A stretch of 62,363 bases of DNA, filler included, from Bipalium vagum (taxonomy: Eukaryota), in the NCBI GenBank assembly GCA_037834085.1. It is 3 parts of 3 records of this genome, joined end to end, with 100 filler letters (N's around TTAATTAATTAA, not from the genome) between each part and the next. Parts side by side here need not be neighbours in the genome. Positions count along the whole stretch, not along the records: positions 1 to 23,575 come from JBBMKC010205710.1; 2 more parts are not named here. One strand, 5' to 3'. Below are positions 1 through 12,268 of this stretch, piece by piece (position 1 is the stretch's first letter; every line of letters begins with the position of its first letter). The notes beneath the pieces are model-generated. The model had not been told where the DNA came from, made no database searches, and saw nothing but the letters and a program-made list of their open reading frames with translations. The translations under genes were made by a program, and so were the position numbers.

Positions 1-2539
1 ACATAAAGATTTTCATTAATATCAAGATTCTTGTAGAAACAACACCGCAATTGAATTATTATTATTAAATGTTTTCTCGAAAGAAATGGGAAATCAATTT
101 TAACTTGATTCATTTGGTGAGACTACTCACAAATTACTTTTGCTTGGGGTATTGAATAAAAGGTATTGGAAAAAATTGTAAGAAAATCGCGAATATCTGG
201 AAGCAAATCAAATATTGACAGCTGCTCCATTTATAAATCTGATTCTGACGGTGTGAGTGGTTGTCGATGATGAAAGAAATTAGATTACAACTTCCACTAA
301 TGCACCATTTAATAATAAAATTCGTCGTACAGACCACAGAAATCTCAATGACAAATGGGCAGTAGTCAAACAAAAAAATTATGCGATTCATTGATAACTA
401 TTAATTGAGCATGACAGATACATATGATGTTGCATTCATCCTCATCTCCTGAGGCGAATCCGTTACGCCTAATTAGCTGCAAAAAGTCAACAGTTTTAAA
501 AAAAAACAAAAGTTACGATTTGCAAGCAGGAAAAATTTTTCGAACCGCAAAACAGAGTAATTGACAAAAACTTGACAATTTTCTATGAGAAACGGATCAC
601 AGATAATGATCAATGTTTATATATGCGGTATAAAAATTTGTGGAATTGCTCATTAGGAATAGGTACATCTAAAGAAAAATGAAAGACGTCGACAGAGATT
701 CTGTTTTGTTCACAGCTCTACTGCATTTTATATCTATAATAATCGAAAGAGTAAATTAAAACAAATTTCAAAAAAATATTAAATGATTTTTATATTTCGG
801 TTTTTTTATTAAATTATTCTTTGCAAAAGCTTAAATGGTAAATGAAATATCGAAGCTAAATATGTGTGATAAAACCTTTTGAAAATTATCATTTATATTC
901 ATTTTTATATTTTGAACAAATTAAAAGATTTTTACCTTCTGGTGCAAAGTTTTAGAATTTTTTGATTAACTGTTTTTTTTTGTTTAAATGAATAATAAAA
1001 TGAGCTCTATATAAAAATAAAATTTTATTCATCTAATATTTCATACTTTTGACCACTTTTATTGAGAATAAATGACAATAATGAAAATATTTTCTTGAAA
1101 TTACATTTTTCCGATTTTTTTTCATATGGATTATAAATAAAATAAGCTTTATTTTTATTTATGTAGGTTTATTTAAACAGATTTTTGAGTCTAATTGGTT
1201 CAGTTTTCAATATTAGATACCATAATCTATTATTTTCAAAAAAATACGAGAAACCTAAACACTCGATAAAAAATGTGTTGTAGAAAAATCATACATAATC
1301 AATAAATATGTTGAAGTTTCCTTGAGGCTTAAGTCGTACTTTACTTTTGCCGCTTGATATGCCAAATGCTCAACTTTAACTCTCAAGCAGCATGAACGAT
1401 GTTCATAACGGTCGAAATATTCTAACTAATAAAACATGTCGATTTATGGTTAACCTTTCTAATCAAATTTGATAAACTGAATCTGACTCGAAAATTTTTT
1501 GATGATGTCGGCACTACGGTTAACACAAATAAACTGAGGAAAAATGACTTAATCGACTTTCATCGGTATTTATAATATCTCTTACATACTTAATAACTTT
1601 TAATTAAAGTTAAAAGTAAATCTCTTACTTCGACTTAAATGAAGAGTTCTTTTTATAAAAAAATTGTATCAACCGACACAGAAACAAGTTAAAAGTATAA
1701 TTAATTACTTAAATTAATTAATTATTACAGACTCCCTTGTATTTATTTCTAACAACAACTGTCCCAGTAACGCAAACTGTAAATTACAGAGAAATAGTTT
1801 TAACTTTATTTCTGATTTTATCTGTATTTTTCTCCGTCCGTAGGTTACTACTTAATTTTCGGATAATAACGTCATTTTTACTATCTTACATCAACCTATC
1901 TGAATGATTTATGCTCACTGGTTAAATCAGACGCAATTTTTACCACAGTTCTGGGTACCTGATCTCATGAACTCTATTTTTTGTCATTAAATTGATTAAT
2001 AATCAAAATTCAATTAATTAATTGATTTAATAATATTATTATTGACTCAAAAATCTCTTATTTAACCTATTATTATCTATATCCTATTTCTTAGTGTTTT
2101 CTGAGCTCATTTCATCGATTATTTTTATTTATAATTTAATTAATATTTTTATCATATACATTCTTAAAGTCTAATTTAATTATACAATTATTTATACTCA
2201 TCATACCAAAAATTACAAAATGAATGTTAAAAAATGATACGTTGTTTCGAGAAGCGCTTCGTCGACCTACATTATGGCACTATTTTGATTCAACTTTTTA
2301 TTTAAAATCATTAAAGATTTCTAGAGACAAGTAAGAAACCAAATTCAATGTTATGATGCTTTAGAACCTATAACCATGAATTTTATATTTTTACTTTTCG
2401 GATATGTAAATAATCACAAAACCAATACTTTTTAACATTCGCTTTTTTATTTCTTGATTTACCAAAATTATTCAATCAAATACTGCAGTGATTTTTACTA
2501 ATGTTGAACTGTTTTTCAATAATGATGAACTCTTATTAT

Positions 2540-3300
2540 TATTATTATTATTATTAAATGGTTACAATAAACAAATAATTAAAAGATTACACTATAAAAA
2601 TACATCCAGTCAACAAGATTTAAATGTTCCATATGATTTCAATCTTTTTTCACATTTACAACTACCATTAGCTTATTGAATACTTCCTCTATCGGATTGA
2701 AAAAAGGTCAATACGGAAGTAGCAAGACATTCTCATGTCCTGATTCATTGAACCACCTTTTTACACCCACTTCCTTGTGGAATGAGACATTATCCATTAT
2801 TATAATTATATTTTAGAAAAAAAGTTTATCATTTTTGAAAGAGTTCAACACTATTGAAGAAGTATTCAACTTTAGTAAATCACTGTAGTACTAGATAAAT
2901 CATTGAAACTAACCAACTTGATAGAAAATAAAACTTCCATGGTATATTGTTTGATCAGCGTCGATATCTTTCCCATAAGCTTGGATTTTTTTATTTCTCT
3001 TATGTTTTTATTTTGGGATTCACAAACAGATTCTTTCATTTTAATTGATTGCTTTCGTTATCATTCATGAAAAAACCTAAAATCTATTATAACAGTTAAA
3101 GAGTTATTTGTACTTTGCAACCAGCAATGGGCTAAGTATCTTTGATGATATTCAAATATTTTATCAGCTATATTTTATTATTTCAGTTATTTTATTAATT
3201 TCTTGAATATTTCGAACCCTCTCCGTCTCTTGAAACTTTAAAGTGAAGTAACTGATAATCAACCTTAGAATTTGAGTACATTGTGTTATTGAAGAGTAAT
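2540..3300 (-). mobile_element. Degenerate Tc1/IS630-like transposase remnant
   Basis: Minus strand reads IIMDNVSFHKEVGVKRWFNESGHENVLLLPY*PFFNPIEEVFNKL (second catalytic D plus the P-Y-S-P-x-x-N-P-I-E motif); boundaries approximate. Confidence 0.65.
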
Positions 3301-3899
3301 ATTTTGGCCGAAGTTATTTTTCGGAATATAAATACAGTTCTCATTAATAATTATTAGTTAAATAAATATTAATTAAATTTAAGAATAAAAAATTACTTTA
3401 TTAGTAATTATTGATTTTTAATCAATAAAACTTCTTGAAAATCTCAGTGAGAAAAATAAAGTTCAAACTTTAGAAATTTTTAGTTGTTGTGTAAAATAAG
3501 AATATCATGATTGGTGGTATTACTGTTCAATAATAAACGTTTAACAGTAGTATATTATGGTATGTAAATCAGGGCAAAATTGTTATTTTTCACCAAATAT
3601 TTTTATGAAAACTGACTTTTTTGGTGATTTTTTTAATATTATTTTACTATCCAAGAATGTTTTTATTGTGATGATAATCAAATCAATAATTGTACCAGTA
3701 TTTATTAATAAAGTATCAATGTATTAGCAAATCTTCTTTTTTGTTTTACAAATCTTATAGATTAAGCCCAGAGAAATCTCAGTAGGTCAGATATACATCA
3801 AAAAAATCAGGAGAAAGAGAATCGCTAAAGTTTCGATTTAGTGATATCTGTAAGACAGATTTTGTAATCTCATATTACATTGATCTTGTATGTAGAGAA

Positions 3900-4150
3900 A
3901 AACAGAATAAAATTATATTCAACAGGATCAAGTTTTATAAACGACCTCACATTTATCAATGATAATCAATTAGTATTTCAAGCTTCATTAAATATATTCA
4001 ATAAATGTCAGTAAGAAAAGTAATAAGTAATGAGAATCAAAATCAGATTTGGAAGGTTTCTCACATATTTAACAGCAAAGGATAAATATAAGGGAATACA
4101 AGATATCCTAATATTAACTCTCTCAGGCCTTCATTCGTACTGAAAATAAC
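3900..4150 (+). mobile_element. Possible highly decayed non-LTR reverse transcriptase fragment
   Basis: FINDLTFINDNQLVFQASLNIFNK…DKYKGI loosely resembles the RT YADD region and the downstream YKYLG motif. Confidence 0.25.
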
Positions 4151-5309
4151 AAACACAATTTCAATTGAGATGAGCATTTCATTAATGAGTAATTTTGGTG
4201 AGATCGAACGATAATATTTCTTACATTTTATCTTTAAATTCTTTTTATCATTTAACAATTTAGCATTGTCATTCTATTTGAGGAAATAAATTTTAGATTT
4301 ATAGAATAACTAATTAACTTTCTCAGCATTTGACATGGGCAGTTGGGAAAATTGACATCTTAATTAATCGCTTAATTGGCTTATATTTTTTCGACAATAA
4401 AACAAAATATTGGATCATAATATTGATCGTCAATGTCCATTTGAAAATTTATATATTTACGATTATTAAAACAAAACATTTTAGTTTTTAAAATGGTAAA
4501 TTAAAATATTTCTATTATAATTATTCTATTTATTTATTATTAAGCTCCAATTAAAATATTTAACTATCATTTAATTAATTAAATGAAAGATTTTATTATC
4601 CAATCATGCAGCAGGTACTTTCTCTAAAAAATTAAGGCGCCAAATCTTTAGCAATTATTAATTAAAAATAAATTCGGAATTACAAGGTAAAAAAATTCAA
4701 AATCAAATATTAAATATTTTAATGAATTCTTGAAAGTGGGTTGACATATTTTCTTTATTTTGGAAAAATTAAAATTTTTTTTCAACAAATCTTCAACAAA
4801 AATTTAAAAAGAAAGAGTTGTGAATTGGAGTCAGTTAATAAATAAGGCTTTTTGGATGAATTATCTTTGAACTTTATATTGGTACATAAGTAAATTGAAG
4901 TTCAATAAAATTATAAATCTTTTGGATAAAATTCTGATTTTGGTAAATCTTGACACATTTAAACATTGCAAAAAAATTACAGGGTTTTCAACATAATTTA
5001 ATCTTTATACAACATATCTTAATCCTAATCAAAAATAATTTAATCATTGCACAATGTAATTTAATCTTTGTAAAAGTTAATTTAATCAAGAAAAAAATAT
5101 ACACTAAATATTTTATTAAAATAACAGACATATAATTTTTTTAATTACATTTAAAAATCTTCCCCTTTCAACCCTTTAACCGCAAATTCACGGACGTGGT
5201 TAAAAAAAACCAATGCAATCAGTTTCAGCTATTTTATTCATACATGTAAATATAGCTGATAATAGTTCATCGTTTGCATTTGGGTTTGTAGATTTAATAT
5301 ATAAAAATA

Positions 5310-6106
5310 TATTAAGTTGTACAAAAAGATTTTGTGAATTCTTTTTCACAAATTATAATACAATTATAGGAAAAAATAACAACAAGAAATAATTTATTAT
5401 TTTTAAAAATAAGAGTCGTTAATATGTGGTAAAACTCAAAATAAATTAAACCTTAATAATTCTACCAAATACTGATCATTATCTTTTTATCAAATCGATT
5501 TTTTCGGCACTTGTTGCACGAGGTTAGTCATGTAACATCCACTATTTACTTTTCCCTTAATTACTAAAATAGATTAATTTTTTATATTTAGTAACAGTAC
5601 GACACCAAAAGGAGTCATCTATAGGATTTTGCAAAAGATATTTACATATTTCCTTCCGCTTTTGAGATTGACGTTCCGATAACACATGCGGATCTAATAT
5701 AGATGGCTTACAGTTGTATCCAAGTTTTGTCAGATGTTGATTAATGGTGATTTTTGATGGTTCAATCATCGTATATAAAACGCGTGTGGGGGACAGAGCT
5801 TTATCTTCGAGATTAGTATCTCATTTTTAAAACTTTTTGAACCAATGTGAGACTGTACTATTGGTAACGAAACATTTTCCTTCAATATCATAATAGTGAA
5901 TCTCATTTTTCAATAATAATGAATTAAATCTCGAATTGCATTTTTTGTATTCATTTTACTATAATTATAAATTAGAAAATTTACAAATATAGTTCGATAT
6001 TAAAATATCAATGTTATCAATTATTTAAGAATTGTAATTAAAAATATTTATTTTGATGAACAAATATTAAACTATCAGAATCTCGGAATCTTTTGATATA
6101 ACAATA
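5310..6106 (-). mobile_element. Internally deleted mariner element
   Basis: ORF 5557-5769 (HLTKLGY…DPHVLSERQSQKRKEICKYLL…RTVTKYKKLIYFSN) is a degenerate WVPHEL…IVTGDEKWI region; imperfect TIRs TATTAAGTTGTACAAAAAGATT / TATTGTTATATCAAAAGATT. Confidence 0.65.
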
Positions 6107-8430
6107 GTTCAACTTTTATATTCATCAATTCCAGTCGGTAATCGGCAAAAAAGTGACTTTATAGAAGGTTCGAAAAGTCCACTCTGAAGTTTTGAAGGAT
6201 ATTTTTTTGACTTAAATTAGGAAAGAGTCTTGTGTATTTGAATTAGAAACTCTTGTGAAAAACAGGCTATAGATTTGAACATCTAATCAATTATAGGATT
6301 AATTCAAAAAATATGTATGATCCAGTAAATATTATTCCGATCTCAAAAGAACCGCTGAGAAATGATAAATAAATGAATTATAATAGGCAGAATTTAATTA
6401 TTTAAATAAAATTTCTTCATTAATTTTCTTAAGTAAATGAAGTCTATTATTTTAGAGCAGTTCTAATAGTTAATACAGCTAATTTATATATTATTTTATT
6501 TTTTATTTTTGTAATAGTCACTATTATCAATTTATGACTGTCTATTGCATTTTATATCAATTCATCGAAAAATTCGACATAAGAATTATATTAAATAATA
6601 ATAATTATTATTATTATTAAATTAAGTTAGTTAAATTTCTTGAAATATATTTTTAAAATATTTTTACATACTGTTAATTAATGTTATATTTACTCCATTT
6701 ATTTAGAATTAGTGGGTAATAACTAATGTTGACAAAATCTAGACAAGGTAAACAAATTAAAAATCTCAATTATTGATTATATGTAAATAAATTTATTTGT
6801 TTAGTTTGACTTAGTAATTTTTAATAATTTAATCAATAACAATATATAATGGTTAAACAAAAAAAAATCAACAAATTCGAAGATTATAAATCAACATTCA
6901 GGTCACAATTAATAAATAATAATTTTGACTTGGCTGTTGATTTTTTTTGAATTTTTCAATGCGAAAAAATTTAATTTTTTATCAAATTTTTTGCAATTTT
7001 ATTTTTAAAATCTAATTTATTATTTTTATTTTAGAATAATTATTACATTTTATTTTATTTTTATTATTATTTTTATTTTATTTATTATATTATTATATTA
7101 ATATATTATTATATATATTATTTTATTATTATTATATTATTTATTATTTGATAAGAAAATTATATGTGGATTTTCCAGTTTGTATTAAAATAGTTACCTT
7201 AATTTATATTATTATTCAACAATATTTTTTTTGCCTCATATTTTAATGATTACCAAAAAATGATCAAAACATAAAAATAATTTATTAATTAATATCAATT
7301 TAAAACAAAAATTAAAATATCCCCCATTTTTTTATTCAGTATTTTTTAGCTGTTAAAAACCAATTATTTCTCACTCCGTCTTTATAGAATTTAATTTGTT
7401 TAAAATATTTTAATTTTAATTATACTTTTTTTCTTCCTTCTCTCATTATACACATCGACCTTTAATTTTAATCAATCCCTGTTTATTGTTCATGTAATTT
7501 ATTTTCAAAATGTTTCTGAAGCAGCAATTGTAAAATGAGAGGATAAATTTTATATATAAATTTTATTTATTTATATATTTACCAATATGCAATGACATCA
7601 TGTTTGGCCTATATTGAAGGAGTGAGTGATAAATAATTAGATTAAGATTGTATGCATATATTATAAAAAGAACCATAAAATTTCTTATAAAATTAAAAAA
7701 AATTATTTTATGATGAAAGTCATGAAACTGAAAAGTTTCAAGTTGGTTGCATTATCGACCATATTTTATTTAAAAGATGTTTTAAAATAAATATTCGATT
7801 GTGAATTATTCTTGGAATTTTGAAACGTTGAATGTAAATTATTAATTTATAATAAATTATTTTCATGAAAAATATTGATTATGTTTGTGAAGTAAAAGAG
7901 TTTACTCATTTACTAATACTTTTACCCAGAATGCCTTGAAGAAATCAAATATATTGTTATTAAATAATCTATACATGATATTATCTCTATGTAATTAATT
8001 AAAAATTATTTGATTATATTTTTATTTTATACACATATTTAACATAAATTTAATTATGTTTTTAAAAATCTGACTTTATAGATTCAAAATTTTATTGTTA
8101 CAAAAAATTTATTATATATTAAAAAATTTCCTCTGAAAAATGTTATTTATTTAGATAGAAAATTTGGAGAAAAGATAGAAAGCTCCCCAAAAATTATTAC
8201 ATTAAAACTTTTCAAATTGTTTCTCATTACGGTGATCAGCATATAGAAAATATTATTTAATTTATTAAAGGAAAATTAAATAAAACTTTTTTAATAAGGT
8301 GATTATAGAAAAATAAAAATAATTAAAATTTAATTAAATCACATATTTTAAGCCCTGTAATAAAAAATATTAAATTAGTAAAAAGGAAATTTTTTATTTT
8401 TATTTCTTCAAGCCGATTTAGATTGCTTAT

Positions 8431-8500
8431 ACCAATCAAAATAATCGAGCCAATCAAATCAGCGAAAAACTTACTTACTCAATTGACTTCGTCTGATTGG
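8431..8500. promoter_or_regulatory. Cluster of three CCAAT (NF-Y-type) boxes upstream of dac
   Basis: CCAATC at 8432 and 8450 and reverse GATTGG at 8495-8500, 90-160 nt upstream of the ATG, in a locally GC-richer patch. Confidence 0.55.
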
Positions 8501-8591
8501 CTGTCGCAATGGTGAGTAGCGTTAATTTTGACTTGAGGTTCATTTAAATCTGGTTGCAGTGGTGAACAAATCATTATTTCATCACATCATT

Positions 8592-11500
8592 ATGGATTCA
8601 CCAATGGTTACATTAAGCCCTACTAATCAATCCAAACCAGTTTATTGCACCCCTAATCCTGTACCGAATATTCCCGAAAACAATCAAGTGTCGCTTATTG
8701 ATTATCGATGCGCAAAAATCGCTGCTTTTACTGTTGAGGGTCGTCAACTGATCTGTTTACCACAGGCGTTTGAATTATTCCTGAAACATTTGGTCGGTGG
8801 GTTGCATACAGTGTATACGAAATTGAAACGGCTTGAAATTGTACCGGTTGTTTGTAATGTGGAACAGGTGAGAATTCTGCGTGGTCTCGGAGCTATTCAA
8901 CCAGGGGTAAATCGATGTAAACTGATTGCGCCAAAGGAGTTTGATATCTTATTCGAAGATTGCACCAATTCAAGGTAAGGTATTGACAGGACAAATGTTA
9001 TTTTTGTTGAATAATTGGTTGATTTTCTTTCCAAAACATTTATTTGCTATTCAAAATTGGTACTCATGTTGTAATAGAGCAATTAACAAATATTTGAGAC
9101 TATTTGAGTTTCTACTCCCCGTTACCAAGAAGCAATAATGAATATATACATTAACTGGATATTCGATTTCGAGTTAACCAGTACTTGCGACTAGTAACGC
9201 CTTCTTACTTTTAATAATTAATGCATATTTGTTGATCTTTGCCTGGAATATTACTTGGAGTAAACTCTTAATATTTGCTTTTGTTGTTATATTAAATAAT
9301 CGAAATTTACTCATTAAAATATTCGATTACATTTCGAAATCCTCAATTATAACATGATTATTTTCATTCACTATAACCAGGACCAGAGAATTCTACGATT
9401 GTTAAATGTATTGTTAATATTTTATATTTTTCATATTAAATTATACAAAAGTATACAATTCTAGAACTTAGATCCAAGACTCCTTTTTGGTCAACGAAAT
9501 ATATCTAATCGATTGTGATAAATACAATCTTGAGAAATTCGTTGACAGAACTCCTTTAAAAATGAATATTTAATATTAAAATTAAATCCTTTTATATTTT
9601 ATTTTTACATGGAGAAAAACTTTTGGTAACAGAAAAATAAAATAATTTATTAAAAAATTTATTTTATAAAAATTTCATAGTTGATATTACGCAAAGTCAC
9701 TCAAACAAAAATACATTTCTTTCCACAAGGAAATTCAAGAACTGTTTGATAATATATATTAAAATATATAATAAAATAATAATACTAGGATGAAAAATGT
9801 TTTCCCATGAAATTCTCATCATTCTCAATTATTTTTCCTCTCATCCATATTTTATTATTCTTAGATATATAAATTAGTTTAGAAGAGAAAAAGTCAAAAT
9901 ATTAATCGCAATTTTTGTATTTTGAACTTGATAAAGATGTTGATTCCTTTAATGAATTTTCAACATCAAAAATTGCAGAAAACAATAAAATCAATCATAC
10001 ATTTCAGTGCCAGACCTGGGAGACCTTCTAAACGTGCTACGCTTCTTCCTGGAGATCTTAATATGTCTGAATCCATCAAAAGAACACACTACGATTTAGT
10101 AAACGATTGCATAAAATCTGGAGACTCAATAAATTCTTCATACCGATTATCATGTATTTATATTGAATAAAATGATTATAATCAAAACCTCATTGTAGAT
10201 GATGATGAAAAACGAATTTTCCTCCGAAATACGTTAGCACAGCACGGTTTCTGTCCTATTATACCTCCAAATTTGGGCTTCAGCTCAATGTTACCTTTTG
10301 GAATGGCAGGATCAATATTAAATCTTTTCCCTCATAATCAGTCCATTATAAAACAATTTTCAAATTTACCATCAATTAATAGAATAACACAAAAAGATCA
10401 AGCCTTGATCAATAAATCAAACTACTCAAAACTGAACAATTCCTTAATAATTCCAGGTCTCAACAAAGCAACAATAGATTGCAGTAAACAACCTTCACTT
10501 CTCATTATCATGAAATAATACCTTTTATTCAGACCTCAACTTGAACAATCAGTTTGATAACTCACTAATGTTGAATAACTTCAAAACTAACTTTGAAGAG
10601 AAGGACTCGATAAAGTAAGACTATAATAATATGAAAACAAATAACAATATATATTATTTAAGGTTATTGTCTCCTTCAAGTCTACCAAGTAAGATTTTTT
10701 GTTATCATTTTTTAAAATTTTTTTTTGATGAGTTGGAATTATAAAGTAAATAATAATTAATATTTACACAATAGATAAATCATCCGAAACAAATCTCAAC
10801 AAATCAAAGTCCTGCTTGTTTTCCGTAGACAATTTAGTTTTCGAAGGGAACTCAGAATCGAACATGGACTTGAATCCCTCTGTTTCAACTAATGAAAGCT
10901 TTACTAATGTTACAATCTCTTCGACAACGAGCACCAGTCCGGAAAACTTTGGAATGGGTTAATTTTTTAAAGCTTTATTGATCATTTATTTTCTTAAATA
11001 TATAGAAAAAGTCAACAAATTTCTCAGTAAAGAACAAGAATTTGTAAGACTTTTTCTACAGCATCAAATGAAAAGTAATAATAATAATATAAAACATATT
11101 TATATAGTATTTTTATCAGATAATAATGATGACAAGAATAAGCAATATGTTTGTGATCCAGTGAGAGAATTTTGGAAGATGAACATCAATATGAAACTTA
11201 ACCAAGCAAATCCCATGTATAATCCTGGTTTGTCGGAGTCTATGTCAAATGCTGGTGCAGACTGTAATACGAATTCATTCAACAATAACGTCACTGCACA
11301 ATCTTCGCAGCACTCCAATACAGAATGCAATTTGGAAATGCAGAAGAATTCAGATTTTCTATTTCCAGTTAAGAAAACAAGTCCTTTCATGATATCACAA
11401 GGACTTTCCTGGTTATTTCCTTCGGACAATACATCATTGAATAATTCACAAATGACACAATCCAGAATGAAATTATTTTCAACTACGAACAGTTTGCAAG

Positions 11501-11694
11501 GTAATTTTTAAAGGATTATATATTTTTTTTCATATTTACTGTACTTTCTAAAATCAATTTCCAATTATTTACATTTATATTTCACATCACTCTTTATCAG
11601 TATGTACGAATAGAAAATTTATTTAATAAAACAAAAAATTAATTAAATATCTCAAAACATATGGAATGTCAAATGCGACATTTTACAAGATAGA

Positions 11695-11750
<56 letters not shown>

Positions 11751-12268
11751 GTAAATATTTATAGATTTATCTTAAAATTGTCAATATTTAATTTAATTAT
11801 TTCAAGTAATATTAATTTTCCTAAACTTATATATATACGTTTCAAACTTTAATAAATCACTATTTTTTACTTTCTTCTAGAGATGAGCCAGTTTTGTTCA
11901 TTTCTTCATAATCGTTCATTCAATTCATTCACATCTTTTTCAAAATATTATTTTATTTCTCTTATTTAGAAATTACGATATTCTGAATATCTTAAAATTA
12001 TTTCTTATAATACATTGATGACGTTTTTTACAGTTTTCTTTTTTATAAATAATAAAATGAACTATAAACACGAGAAAAATTAGAATTGTTTCTAAACTTT
12101 TTTCAACCTCTTAAATAATCTTAATGGACCTTAAATTAACATATATACGCTATTGATATATGTTAGGAAGATAAATGTTTGTTTAATAATTATATATAAA
12201 TCTAATTATTATTATTTAATTTATTTTTCATTTTAGATTTATCAGTCAAACCAATAATAAAATCATAA
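8592..12268 (+). CDS. dac: Dachshund (Ski/Sno/Dac family) transcriptional cofactor; join(8592-8974,10008-10153,10199-10483,10533-10614,10663-10688,10775-10957,11006-11074,11120-11500,12237-12268), ~528 aa
   Basis: Exon 1 encodes the DD1/Box-N domain (…ICLPQAFELFLKHLVGGLHTVYTKLKRLEIVPVVCNVEQVRILRGLGAIQPGVNRCKLI…). Splicing AG|gtaagg…tttcag|T gives the conserved CTNSSARPGRPSKR. All junctions are GT-AG and phase-compatible (1587 nt, divisible by 3). The last exon is the least certain. Confidence 0.9.
11695..11750. repeat. (AAT)n microsatellite in the last dac intron
   Basis: About 18 perfect AAT units. Confidence 0.95.

Noticed and set aside
1-480. ORF 134-391 and a FGGDYSQI string resembling the PIF1/Helitron helicase motif
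   Set aside because: Stops in all candidate frames and no second motif; cannot be assigned
1260-1700. Possible Merlin-type transposase remnant (KVNH…)
   Set aside because: Only a 3-4 residue resemblance
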